In this document: piece after piece, positions 8,400 through 18,246 of the stretch
How the letters are laid out: every line of letters begins with the position of its first letter
Position numbering within the stretch: the first letter of the stretch is position 1
Source: Desulfatiglandales bacterium
GTDB taxonomy: Bacteria; Desulfobacterota; DSM-4660; Desulfatiglandales; HGW-15
Assembly: GCA_963667015.2 (NCBI GenBank)
Contig: CAXXJJ010000003.1
Coordinates: 96,001 to 160,000 of the forward strand
Length of the DNA: 64,000 nt
Reading direction: 5' to 3'
The notes under the pieces: model-generated
The model's database searches: none
What the model was told of the DNA's origin: nothing
Seen by the model: only the letters and a program-made list of their open reading frames with translations
Made by a program: the position numbers and the translations under genes

Positions 8400-10271
8400 A
8401 TGAGTATCGAAAATACATCAAGAAAAACAAATAAAAAAGAAAATCCTGGAAGAAATGCCGCCTGGAGAAACTTTGTCGTGATTCTGGCTGTTCTGTTCAC
8501 ATTTATCCCGGTTGGCCTTACTGCAATGGCAACTGAAGCCGGTCCTGATTCGACTGAGGAGGAAGAGCTCTCCGAGATATCTGTTATTGAACTTGAAAAA
8601 ATAGTGGTCACTGCGACTAAAAACGAACATAACCTGGGAGATGTTCCCATTGGCACTACTGTTATCACCAGGGAGGAGCTGGAGAGTCAGAATATACATA
8701 ACCTGGCTGAGGCCCTGGAGATGCTTACCGGCCTGTTCAGGAACTCAAATGGCGTCAAGATCCACGGCCTGGACGTCTTTCACACATCCCTGATCATTGA
8801 CGGGCAGAAGCAGTACAAATGCCCGGGAAGGGCGCCGATACTGGATCGTTATCCCGTAGAGATGATTGAGCGTATCGAAATCAAGAAGGGAGCCTCTTCC
8901 GTCCTCAGTGGTGGCGAAACCTCGGGAGGTGTCATACATGTGATCACCAGGTCTGCCCCGGAAGAGCCTACCCTCAGCGCCTCCACCGGATTCGGTTCAA
9001 ACGGCAGGCAGGTCCATCATGCGGGGGGCGGCAGCAAAATCAGTAAGTTCGGATACCGTCTGGATGTTACAAGAAGCAAGTACGATGGAGAAGAGCCGGA
9101 GGATGCCTATACATATGACGATTTATGGGCAAGCCTGGAGTATGAAATTACTCCCAGACTCAAGACAGTCTTAAAGCCTAGCTACTATAAACAGGACAGT
9201 CCGGACTGGAAACAGGAGAAATATTCGCTTAACAGTATTACTGAATGGCGCCCGGATGACCTGTCCAAGTTTGTTGTCAGGGGTTCCATGCTGAAGCTGA
9301 AGTGGACTGAGAGCGAAATGTCCATGGACACCTATGAGGCGGAAACCTATTATAACCGGCTCTTTGGAAAACAACATTCGGCTACCTTTGGTTACCAGTA
9401 CCAGGGAGATTTTCCGGAAAATACAACAGTTGGGATGAAGGATCAGTACACAAACAATCTCTATTTTCAGGATGAGATAGATTTTTCCCGCCTGACCCTG
9501 CTGCTTGGAACCCGATGGGTTGATCATAACTGGTGGGGAGACGATTTTTTTCCCCAGGCCGGCCTGCTTTATAACCTGACAGACAACATTAAATTCAGGG
9601 CCTCTACCGAGAGGGGTTTTCGATCTGCCAAGGGATGCCACTCCTTTGAGGGATTAAAGTTTTTTAAGAAAAAATGGACACGCATAGACCCTGATCTTGC
9701 CCCGGAACTGACCTGGTCATATCAGAGCAGCCTTGAGTGGAAGATTTATAAAAAGGCCCTTTTGACCCTGTCCGTTTTCCGGAACGATCTCGAAGATAAA
9801 ATCGAGACCATTGCAACCTCTGAAACTTACAACGACCTGCCTGTGTATCTGGTGACAAACATTTCCGAGGCCCGAACCCAGGGCTGGGAAGTCAACCTCG
9901 TAATAGATTTTACCAAATCTTTCAGCGGACGTTTTGGCTACTACTATCTGGATTCGGAGAACCTGGAGACTGGAAAGGAACTGACCTACGACCCGACCCA
10001 TATGGCCAACGTTATTTTCCGCTACCGGTACGACCCCCTTGCCCTTGGCATCAGTGTGGGCGGAGAGTACGTGGGTGAACGCTACGCAGATGAAGACAAT
10101 ACAGAGAAGCTCGGCAGCTATTTTATGGTCGATATAAAGCTTACCAAGGAGATAGGTAAAAATTTTGAGGCCTTCTTTGAGGTTTCCAATCTCCTTGATG
10201 AAGAATACACGGAAGACGACGATGAGATGCCAGGCCTTGAAATATTTGGCGGTTTAACTGTTTCGTTCTAG
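8400..10271 (+). CDS. TonB-dependent receptor (BtuB/CirA-sized)
   Basis: EKIVVTAT, IERIEIKKGASSVLSG, C-terminal Phe; AGGAGG RBS. Confidence 0.9.
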   Translation: MSIENTSRKTNKKENPGRNAAWRNFVVILAVLFTFIPVGLTAMATEAGPDSTEEEELSEISVIELEKIVVTATKNEHNLGDVPIGTTVITREELESQNIHNLAEALEMLTGLFRNSNGVKIHGLDVFHTSLIIDGQKQYKCPGRAPILDRYPVEMIERIEIKKGASSVLSGGETSGGVIHVITRSAPEEPTLSASTGFGSNGRQVHHAGGGSKISKFGYRLDVTRSKYDGEEPEDAYTYDDLWASLEYEITPRLKTVLKPSYYKQDSPDWKQEKYSLNSITEWRPDDLSKFVVRGSMLKLKWTESEMSMDTYEAETYYNRLFGKQHSATFGYQYQGDFPENTTVGMKDQYTNNLYFQDEIDFSRLTLLLGTRWVDHNWWGDDFFPQAGLLYNLTDNIKFRASTERGFRSAKGCHSFEGLKFFKKKWTRIDPDLAPELTWSYQSSLEWKIYKKALLTLSVFRNDLEDKIETIATSETYNDLPVYLVTNISEARTQGWEVNLVIDFTKSFSGRFGYYYLDSENLETGKELTYDPTHMANVIFRYRYDPLALGISVGGEYVGERYADEDNTEKLGSYFMVDIKLTKEIGKNFEAFFEVSNLLDEEYTEDDDEMPGLEIFGGLTVSF

Positions 10272-10313
10272 GCCTATTGTAAGTATTTTGAAAAAAGAAG
10301 GGATATAAGACTT

Positions 10314-11135
10314 ATGACAACAATTGCTTTTATGTTGTACTGGATAAAAACAGGCCTGTACGGGGCTGCATTGATATCCGGATTTTTTATCAGGGACGAT
10401 AAAGTGTACGACAACAACCCGCGGCGGTTTCTTGTTGCCGCGGTAGTCGTCCATCTTGCATTTATTATTATGTATGTAATAGCCGGCGGACATACCCCGG
10501 CACACGTGCGTTATGATGCATCAGTGGCACAATCTTTTATTCTCGGGATGCTGGTCCTGTTCACATTTAAAAGGCAGGCCTCTAGATTGTCCATGTCGCT
10601 GGCTGTCGGCACCATACTGCTCATTTCGACAATCGGTATCTATAAAACAAACATGGGGCTTGAACCTCACATGCCTTCGGAGAGGGTTTTAACCTTCCTG
10701 TTTTTCCATTTTAAAGATATCGGGGTTGCCTGTTTTGCCTGCTGTTTCAGCCTGTCGGCAGCCATCCTGATCAGACCTTTGGAAGATGAGTCCGATATGT
10801 TGAAAACAAACGGGGCAATACATATGTATGCCCTGTGGGGGTTTATATTTTTCTCTTTATCACAGCTTTTCGGATCTGTCTGGGCCGTGATCGGAGGCTA
10901 TGGAGATGTATGGATTTGGCGCCCCATGCACCTGTATTCCGCCATGATATGGATATTTTATGCTGCCATGCTCCACGCCGGAAGGTCAGGTGTCTGGCCC
11001 AAAAAGACTGCTCCGGTAATGGGTGTCATCGGTTTTGTGATGATCATATGGTGGTGGCTCTTTTTTGATTTTGTAGTTAAACCGGCCTGGCACAGCGCTT
11101 TTCTTGATGCAGGGCAGAAAGGAGGACTGGTATGA
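10314..11135 (+). CDS. CcsA/CcmC-like heme-handling membrane protein (divergent WWD domain)
   Basis: GSVWAVIGGYGDVWIWRPMHLYSAMIWIFYAAMLH resembles the GAIWA..WGxxWxWDPKE..W..Y...H signature. Confidence 0.7.
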   Translation: MTTIAFMLYWIKTGLYGAALISGFFIRDDKVYDNNPRRFLVAAVVVHLAFIIMYVIAGGHTPAHVRYDASVAQSFILGMLVLFTFKRQASRLSMSLAVGTILLISTIGIYKTNMGLEPHMPSERVLTFLFFHFKDIGVACFACCFSLSAAILIRPLEDESDMLKTNGAIHMYALWGFIFFSLSQLFGSVWAVIGGYGDVWIWRPMHLYSAMIWIFYAAMLHAGRSGVWPKKTAPVMGVIGFVMIIWWWLFFDFVVKPAWHSAFLDAGQKGGLV

Positions 11136-12004
11136 GTACTGAAAATACAGGTTACATAAGAAGGTGCTGGGCAGCTTTCGGTTCCATGCAGTTGTTCTTC
11201 TCACTGGCGCTGCTTATTGCTTTCTGGTTTTTTATATCCCTGGTAATATATCCCAGTTATTTTAAGGTATTCAACGCACTGGAAGAAACAACGATTATCC
11301 AGTGGCTGCTGGAGACAGGTGATGGGGCCTGCCCGGTCAGGGGGTGGCTGATTGTACTGATAATCCTGGTAGCCCTTATGACTGTCAACCTTGCAGTGTG
11401 TGTAGTGGATGATTTCAATCTGATAAAAAAAATAAGGTCGAAAAAAAATAACTGCAACGGCAGTGTTACAGGCAGGGTAAGTATTCTTATAATACATCTT
11501 TCATACATTATACTGATCCTCGGGCACCTTGCCAGTGCGATGCTTGGTACAAAATACTCATTTGATCTGAAGGAAGGCGAATTGATAAAAGACGCCACTC
11601 TGCCATTTACCATGCAGTGCACTCAGATAGCCTCGGTGATGGATGAACACAACAGCCCTGTGCCTGTCGCGACAATTATCATTAATCCCGGTGATGCCGG
11701 TGAAAAGGAGATAAAACTCTGCAAGAGTGAGACAATATTCACCAGCGGAAGATTGATGGTAATGGGTTCGAGAGACCTTAAACTGGCAGGAGACCAGGCT
11801 GATGAGCATCAGGGCAGGGGTGGAGGCAGAGGCCGCGGGGCCGGAAACAGGCTGGAGCCAAAACAGGAGCCTGTTACTGTGCCTGTCGCCCGGGTGATAG
11901 AAAATCCCGGGCTCCCCATTGATATTGCGGGAGGTATCCTGTTCTTTGGTGGGATGGTTTTACGTATGATGTTCAGACGTAAAAACGGTGTTAAACCACA
12001 ATAA
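11132..12004 (+). CDS. ResB/CcsB-like membrane protein
   Basis: N-terminal TMs, VNLAVC, IIHLSYIILILGH, periplasmic loop, C-terminal NPGLP TM; coupled to ccsA-like gene. Confidence 0.6.
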   Translation: MSTENTGYIRRCWAAFGSMQLFFSLALLIAFWFFISLVIYPSYFKVFNALEETTIIQWLLETGDGACPVRGWLIVLIILVALMTVNLAVCVVDDFNLIKKIRSKKNNCNGSVTGRVSILIIHLSYIILILGHLASAMLGTKYSFDLKEGELIKDATLPFTMQCTQIASVMDEHNSPVPVATIIINPGDAGEKEIKLCKSETIFTSGRLMVMGSRDLKLAGDQADEHQGRGGGRGRGAGNRLEPKQEPVTVPVARVIENPGLPIDIAGGILFFGGMVLRMMFRRKNGVKPQ

Positions 12005-12027
12005 ATGTAGCTGTATATTACTTTTTT

Positions 12028-12073
12028 AAATGCACAAAAACATGTGCCTATGTGCACATGTTTTTGTGCATTT
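12028..12073. terminator. Perfect 20-bp inverted repeat, probable terminator
   Basis: AAATGCACAAAAACATGTGC-ctatgt-GCACATGTTTTTGTGCATTT. Confidence 0.65.
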
Positions 12074-12290
12074 TGTATGATTTTTAAGATTCCGATTTTA
12101 GAATACTCCTTTGAGTACAGACTGCCGATTGTTGGATATCTCAATATAAAGGGGATTAAAAACAGGGGGTTGTATCCTCTCTGTTTTCTTTCTCATGTAT
12201 CTTGTCCGGTTATGGCATATATATTGTATACTGAAGACACTTGAACAAAGAAACCTGCCTTAATAAATAAAAAAATCAGGAAAATTAGCC

Positions 12291-14069
12291 ATGGAATTGA
12301 TTGATATTAAAAAGATTGATCTGTCTCCTTTCCAACATCGCAGGCATATGAATGCCGATAAACTAAGGGAGCTTGCCTCCAGTATCAGTCATGACGGGCT
12401 TATTGAGCCTGTGGTGTTAAGACGCCGCAACGGGCGATTTGAGCTCATATGCGGCGAGAGGAGACTAAGGGCTGTCAGGGAGTATACTGATATGCGGACC
12501 ATTCTCTCCAGGGTGATCGAGGCAAGCGATCTGGAGGCAAGACGCATGTGTGCTGCTGAAAACCTGCAGCGTGAGAACCTGTCTGCCATAGAAACTATTG
12601 AGATGATAGTCGATCTGATTGACGCTGAACTGGTCGGAGATGATGAATATAAACTTATGGGGGAATCCGCGGCTTTAAGAGTAAAAAATCTTCTTAGTAG
12701 GCTTGATTCTATGCGGAGAAGCAATAACAGGGGATCGTATATTTCAAAGGAGTTAGTCCACCTGTCCCGTAAATTTACGGGACAGGTGGAAAATATCTTT
12801 AAGAATTTGCCTAACCCATTGAAGTGGCAATCATTTTACAGAAACGACCTGTCGATTTTGCTGGAAACTTCAATGGAGGTTCAAGATGCAGCAGTAAACC
12901 ACAATCTCAACCGGTCTCAGGTAAAGGCACTGGAAGGTCTTAAACAGGCATCTCACGATGAATTTAAGAGGATTACCGTAAAAGGGCAGGGCAGTTCCGC
13001 TGCAGAAATAAGCGGATTGAGCGCCAGCGAAATAAAAGACATTACTGATAAGGCGGTCAGAAAGATGAAGATTGAACGGCCATGTTGTTCTGTTCAGGGT
13101 GCATTGCCAAAGGAAATAGCTGCATTAAAAATGAAGAGGCTTGGCTTTTCAAAGGAAAAGATTGCCTCCCTCCTGAGCATAAACAGTAAAACAGTAATGT
13201 CATACATTCAAAAGGGGAAGACAGCCAATCGTGTGAGAAAGGCAGTCAACGCAGGTATGCCTGTAAGCCAGGCTGCAATGGGAAATAGGTGCCCTCTGCC
13301 TCTTGCCTGGTCAATAGGTCTTGAAGGAAAAGACGACATGGAACGGTTCAGGTTTCTCGGGTGGGGACTGAGGACATGGGATTACTGGTTTTACAATGAT
13401 GTGGATAAACGTTTTGGTGATGACTGGCCCGGCCGTATCCCTGCCCAGATGATAGCGCATATGCTCTATTATTTTACTGGCCAGGGTGAACTGGTCATGG
13501 ACCCCATGGCAGGAGGAGGGGTTGTGCCTGATACATGTCTTGTAATGAACCGCCGCTGTGTGAGTTTTGATATGGAGGGCGATGCAGGTATACGACCGGA
13601 AATAGAACGATGGTACTGGGACCCTGATAATATGAAGTGGCCGCTGGACATGAAAACAAAACCGGATTTTATCCTGTTTGATCCTCCCTATTTCAGTAAA
13701 AAGGCCAATGAATATCACAGTGACAGCATAGCGGGCATGTCAAAAAAAGACTATATAAGGTTCTTTGAACTGTTTTTTACTCTTGCTTGTAAAAACAGCA
13801 AAAAGGAAACCATAATGGCGATTATTAACGCCGACTGGAGGGATTTCCAGGGCAGGCCGGCAAGGGAAGAGACATGGGAAAATTCCATCCTGATAGATGA
13901 TTATATAAGCGCCATGGTAAAAGGAGGATGGAAAATGACCCATATGATACAAGCCCCCATGTCATCTGAACGTTTCAATGCCGGTGTTGTATCTGCTATG
14001 CAGAAAAAAAGGATACTTGGTGTGACATGCAGGTATGTGCTGGTTGCCAGAAAGAGGGCTGAAGTGTAA
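12291..14069 (+). CDS. ParB/Srx N-terminal domain fused to amino (N6A/N4C) DNA methyltransferase
   Basis: GLIEPVVLR..FELICGERRLRA..ENLQRENLS; C-terminal DPMAGGG and FDPPY. Confidence 0.85.
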   Translation: MELIDIKKIDLSPFQHRRHMNADKLRELASSISHDGLIEPVVLRRRNGRFELICGERRLRAVREYTDMRTILSRVIEASDLEARRMCAAENLQRENLSAIETIEMIVDLIDAELVGDDEYKLMGESAALRVKNLLSRLDSMRRSNNRGSYISKELVHLSRKFTGQVENIFKNLPNPLKWQSFYRNDLSILLETSMEVQDAAVNHNLNRSQVKALEGLKQASHDEFKRITVKGQGSSAAEISGLSASEIKDITDKAVRKMKIERPCCSVQGALPKEIAALKMKRLGFSKEKIASLLSINSKTVMSYIQKGKTANRVRKAVNAGMPVSQAAMGNRCPLPLAWSIGLEGKDDMERFRFLGWGLRTWDYWFYNDVDKRFGDDWPGRIPAQMIAHMLYYFTGQGELVMDPMAGGGVVPDTCLVMNRRCVSFDMEGDAGIRPEIERWYWDPDNMKWPLDMKTKPDFILFDPPYFSKKANEYHSDSIAGMSKKDYIRFFELFFTLACKNSKKETIMAIINADWRDFQGRPAREETWENSILIDDYISAMVKGGWKMTHMIQAPMSSERFNAGVVSAMQKKRILGVTCRYVLVARKRAEV

Positions 14070-14152
14070 GTATAAGGAGAATTGCTCATTTAAATTCAAC
14101 AAGTTCTTTTTCTTTCAGTTCCAGATGATCTGTTGTTATCCTAATTTTTTTA

Positions 14153-14181
14153 TTGACAAAAAGGTTAAGTAGCTTTACTGT
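14153..14181 (+). promoter_or_regulatory. marR promoter with operator 1
   Basis: TTGACA-17-TACTGT enclosing GTTAAGTAGCTTTAC 14164-14178. Confidence 0.7.
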
Positions 14182-14188
14182 AAGTGGT

Positions 14189-14662
14189 ATGGATACTAAA
14201 GAAGAAATAATAAGGCATGCTATACAGCAGCTTCTACAGGTTGCAAGGAAGTATTCACGTTCCGAGGAACTCCCGATCACTGTAGATGAAGGGTTCGAGA
14301 TTTCAACTGCCGAGGCACATACAATTCAGGCGGTTGGAGAAGGAGAGCAGGTAAGGGTTATAGATATTGCAAAAAGATTCGGTATATCAAAGAGTGCTGC
14401 GTCCCAGATGGTTTCCAAGCTTATAAAAAAAGGATTTATCGAAAAAAAACAGTCTTTAGAAAACAGCAAGGAATACCCCCTGTCCCTTACCAAACTGGGA
14501 TGGCGGGGGTTTGAGGCCCATAAAAAGTTTCATGGTAAAGATATGGAATACTTAATAAAAAGCCTTGATTCCTTTTCCCTGTCGCAAATATCAACAATAT
14601 CCGTACTGCTGGAGGCCCTGGGCAGTGTAATGGATGAAAGGTTATTTAAAAAACAGGGTTAA
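14189..14662 (+). CDS. MarR-family regulator
   Basis: DIAKRFGISKSAASQMVSKLIKKGFI..LSLTKLG; ATG 14189 preferred over the TTG that is the -35 hexamer. Confidence 0.88.
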   Translation: MDTKEEIIRHAIQQLLQVARKYSRSEELPITVDEGFEISTAEAHTIQAVGEGEQVRVIDIAKRFGISKSAASQMVSKLIKKGFIEKKQSLENSKEYPLSLTKLGWRGFEAHKKFHGKDMEYLIKSLDSFSLSQISTISVLLEALGSVMDERLFKKQG

Positions 14663-14678
14663 TTTTTTTGCCCTAAAG

Positions 14679-14693
14679 GTTAAGTAGCTTAAC
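14679..14693. promoter_or_regulatory. MarR operator 2
   Basis: Palindrome GTTAAG-TAG-CTTAAC; 16 nt identical to 14160-14175. Confidence 0.75.
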
Positions 14694-14722
14694 TAAAATA
14701 TGAGGAGTGTAAGAAGAATAAT

Positions 14723-17401
14723 ATGAAAACATTAAAAAATATTCTGGTCGATTTTTCGATTAAACATTGCAAACTGGCCACCCTTATAATGGTGCTGTTT
14801 ACAATCCTGATGTGTGCATTTTTCCCCATGGTTCAGGTTGATACTGACCCGGAAAACATGCTTCCTGCAGATGACATCGAGCGTGTTTTTCACAATAAAA
14901 TGAAAAAGCAGTTCAGTCTCAGTGAAACCATTGTGGTGGGCATTGTAAATGAAGATGATCCGGACGGGGTTTTTAATCCTGATACCTTAAAACATGTTTA
15001 TGAACTTACTGAATTTGCAAAGACACTCAGGTGGCAAAATGATGAAACACCGGGTCAATATTCAGGTGTTGTTGAAGTGGATATGCTTGGTCCGTCACTG
15101 GTCGATCACATGTCACAGGGGGCGCCCGGGGAGATCAGCTTTGAATGGCTCATGAGCAGTCCGCCGGAAACAAGGGAAGATGCACGATTAATCCGGGAAA
15201 AGGCGTTTTCAAACCAGATGCTCAGGGGACGGATGTTTTCAAGGGATGGAAAGGTTATATGCATCTATCTTCCCCTGACTGACAAGCATCTTTGTTACAA
15301 AATTAATACGGAACTCAACAAAAAGATAGAGCAGATGGGCGGCACTGAAAAATATCATATCGCCGGTGTGCCTGTGGCCGAGGTGGCCATCGGTGTGGAG
15401 ATGTTTTCCCAGATGTCTGTGGGCTCCCCCCTTGCAATGGGAGTAATCCTTGCCCTGCTTCTGATTTTTTTTCGTAAATGGAGGCTCGTAATACTTCCCA
15501 TGGTTATTGCCATGTTTTCGGTCATGTCCACCATGGGGATGATGATAGCCCTTGGTTTTGACGTCCATATATTAAGCTCCATGATACCGATTTTTTTAAT
15601 GTGTATCGGTACTGTAAGCTCGATACATATTCTTTCGGAGTTTTTTGACGCCTATACAAAAGAGAAGGGAAGGGAGACGACGATCAGGGAAGTGATGAAT
15701 ACCCTGTTTACACCGATCCTGTATACATCGCTTACAACTGCCGCAGGCTTTGCCTCCCTGACATTTACGCCTATTCCTCCGGCACAGGTCTTCGGGGCCT
15801 TCCTGTGTATCGGTGTGATGATTGCCTGGCTCTACACGGTAATTTTTGTCCCGGCCTATATAATGATGATCCCGGAACAAAAGCTGGATAATTTCGGTAT
15901 GTCATCAGGGCATGGGGAGCATGAAAACCTGTTAAGCAGAATATTGAAAAATACAGGCAGTCTCACATACAACCGCCCGAAACTGGTCCTTTTTATAATG
16001 GCAGCAGTTGTTGCAGCCGGGATCTGGGGAACTACACGGATAAAGGTTAATGACAACTATGCAAAACGATTTGCCATGAGCCATCCCATCCGCAAGGCCG
16101 ATATCGCCCTTAACAGTCACCTTGACGGTACATATACGGCATACCTGATACTGGAAGGGCAAAGGCCTGAAAAGATTACCGGGGATGAAGTTAAAAAGAT
16201 ATCCGGCGGCCTTGTTGAATATGCCGAAACAATAAAAGCTGAATTCACAGATGCCCCAAAACTTGCAATAGGCATTGCAGAGGCTGCTTATAAACTAGCA
16301 GATCAAAATATGTCATATGATAATTTTCTGGATGTAATTATTGAGTACATGGATAAAAAATCCGGCCAGGCAACTGATGATGAGTTTTTTGCCCTTGATG
16401 AACTCAAGGGGTATATTGGGCTGGAAAAGGAAAAATTAAAGATATTCAAGCGTCCTGATGTGCTCAGGTATATCAAAGGACTGCAGGAAAATCTTAAGGG
16501 ATCAGGTATGGCCGGTAAGAGCAGTTCCATTGCGGATGCCGTATCAAAGGTCAACCAGGAGATGACGGACGGAAAGCCGGAAAATTACCGCATCCCCGGC
16601 ACCCTGCGGGCCGTTGCCGAGTGTTATTTTCAGTATCAGCAGGGGCACAGGCCTCATGATCTTTGGCACATGGTTACACCCGACTATATGAGCACAAATG
16701 TATGGGTTCAGCTAAAGGACGGTGACAGCAGCACCCTTAAAGATACTGTGAAGGCAGTTGATGATTATATAAAGCAAAATCCCCCTCCTGTACACATGGT
16801 TCATAAATGGGCAGGGCTCCATTATATCAATCTTGTATTACAGGAAAAACTCATTCCGAATATGCTCAAGGCATTTATAGGGAGTTTTATTGTTGTCTTC
16901 CTGATGATGACCTTCCTGTTCCGTTCCATACGCTGGGGGCTTTTATGCATGCTGCCGCTTACCATTACGGTATTAACCATATACGGGATCATCGGTATTT
17001 TCGGCAAGGATTATGATTTACCCATAGCCGTACTGGGAGCGCTTGCCCTGGGCATGGCAGTGGATTTTGCCATTCATTTTTTGCAGCGTGCCCGGGGCAA
17101 ATACAGTGAAACCGGTTCATGGAAGGCAGTTAGCTCCGGAATGTTCGGCGAGCCCGCCCGGGCCATCAGCAGGAATGTGCTTGTAATAGCGATTGGGTTT
17201 CTGCCGCTCCTTGTTGCCACGTTAATACCATATAAGGTCATGGGAATCATGCTCTTTGCCATAATGACACTTTCGGGAATCATCACATTACTGGCATTGC
17301 CTGCCATGTTGACAGTAGCGGACAAATATTATTTCAACAGTCCTTCAAAGGACGTAAAGTGTGAAACCGTCACTGCCGGCAATGTCATTGAAAGAAAGTA
17401 A
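14723..17401 (+). CDS. MMPL/RND-superfamily transporter
   Basis: Two repeats of large loop + TM bundle, TSLTTAAGFASL, GMAVDFAIH. Confidence 0.9.
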   Translation: MKTLKNILVDFSIKHCKLATLIMVLFTILMCAFFPMVQVDTDPENMLPADDIERVFHNKMKKQFSLSETIVVGIVNEDDPDGVFNPDTLKHVYELTEFAKTLRWQNDETPGQYSGVVEVDMLGPSLVDHMSQGAPGEISFEWLMSSPPETREDARLIREKAFSNQMLRGRMFSRDGKVICIYLPLTDKHLCYKINTELNKKIEQMGGTEKYHIAGVPVAEVAIGVEMFSQMSVGSPLAMGVILALLLIFFRKWRLVILPMVIAMFSVMSTMGMMIALGFDVHILSSMIPIFLMCIGTVSSIHILSEFFDAYTKEKGRETTIREVMNTLFTPILYTSLTTAAGFASLTFTPIPPAQVFGAFLCIGVMIAWLYTVIFVPAYIMMIPEQKLDNFGMSSGHGEHENLLSRILKNTGSLTYNRPKLVLFIMAAVVAAGIWGTTRIKVNDNYAKRFAMSHPIRKADIALNSHLDGTYTAYLILEGQRPEKITGDEVKKISGGLVEYAETIKAEFTDAPKLAIGIAEAAYKLADQNMSYDNFLDVIIEYMDKKSGQATDDEFFALDELKGYIGLEKEKLKIFKRPDVLRYIKGLQENLKGSGMAGKSSSIADAVSKVNQEMTDGKPENYRIPGTLRAVAECYFQYQQGHRPHDLWHMVTPDYMSTNVWVQLKDGDSSTLKDTVKAVDDYIKQNPPPVHMVHKWAGLHYINLVLQEKLIPNMLKAFIGSFIVVFLMMTFLFRSIRWGLLCMLPLTITVLTIYGIIGIFGKDYDLPIAVLGALALGMAVDFAIHFLQRARGKYSETGSWKAVSSGMFGEPARAISRNVLVIAIGFLPLLVATLIPYKVMGIMLFAIMTLSGIITLLALPAMLTVADKYYFNSPSKDVKCETVTAGNVIERK

Positions 17402-17418
17402 ACAGAAAGGAGATTAAA

Positions 17419-18246
17419 ATGAGAATAATATATTTAGTAATAATATTGGGAATATTTGCAGCGAGCGCTTTTTCGGAAGAATTACCCGCCCGGCTGACAG
17501 TGGATGAAATAATACAAAGGGCCAACCACATGTCTCTGTATCAGGGAACTGACATGAAGGGCAAGGTCTCTATGAAGATTACTGACAGGCAGGGGCGAGT
17601 CAGGGAGAGAAAATTCAATATGCTCAGAAAAAATACGGATAGTCATGATCGTAACCAGAAATTTTATACATATTTCCAGTCTCCTGCCGATGTGCGAAAA
17701 ATGGCATTCATGGTACATAAACATGCTGTGCTGGAAAAAGATGATGACCGATGGCTGTACATGCCCGGCCTTGACCTGGTTAAACGTATTGCCGCAGGAG
17801 ATAAAAGGACCAGTTTTGCGGGATCGGACTTTCTGTATGAAGATATATCGGGACGCAGCCCCGAAGAAGACAAGCACGAATTGCTGGAAAAAACGGATAA
17901 TTATTATCTTGTCAGGAATACACCCAAAAAACCCGGGAACGTTGAATTCGAATATTATATTGCTTTTATTGATATAAGCACCTTCATGCCGATGAAGATG
18001 GAGTTCTATAAAAAAGGTGACAGCCTGTACCGGGTAATCGAAAACATGAAAATTGAAAATATCCAGTCAAAAGAAGATGGCAGGCAGGTAACATATCCTA
18101 CTGTAACCATATCAATTGCAAAGGATCTGGATAGCGGAAACAGCACTGAAATGATATTTTCAAATATTAAATACAATATAGGTCTTAAGGATGATCTTTT
18201 TACCGAACGATATTTAAGGAGGCCTCCAAGGGAAGCAGTACGATGA
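17419..18246 (+). CDS. Outer-membrane lipoprotein-sorting (LolA-like) periplasmic protein
   Basis: SPADVR, DDDRWLYMP, SFAGSDFLYED. Confidence 0.85.
   Translation: MRIIYLVIILGIFAASAFSEELPARLTVDEIIQRANHMSLYQGTDMKGKVSMKITDRQGRVRERKFNMLRKNTDSHDRNQKFYTYFQSPADVRKMAFMVHKHAVLEKDDDRWLYMPGLDLVKRIAAGDKRTSFAGSDFLYEDISGRSPEEDKHELLEKTDNYYLVRNTPKKPGNVEFEYYIAFIDISTFMPMKMEFYKKGDSLYRVIENMKIENIQSKEDGRQVTYPTVTISIAKDLDSGNSTEMIFSNIKYNIGLKDDLFTERYLRRPPREAVR

Noticed and set aside
12044..12244. Short intergenic ORFs (also 27089-27299, 34105-34299, 62900-63244)
   Set aside because: No SD or motifs; overlap hairpins or lie antisense to a real gene
14153..14188. TTG starts given for marR (14153) and tetR (21236)
   Set aside because: Both TTGs are the -35 hexamers of the genes' own promoters
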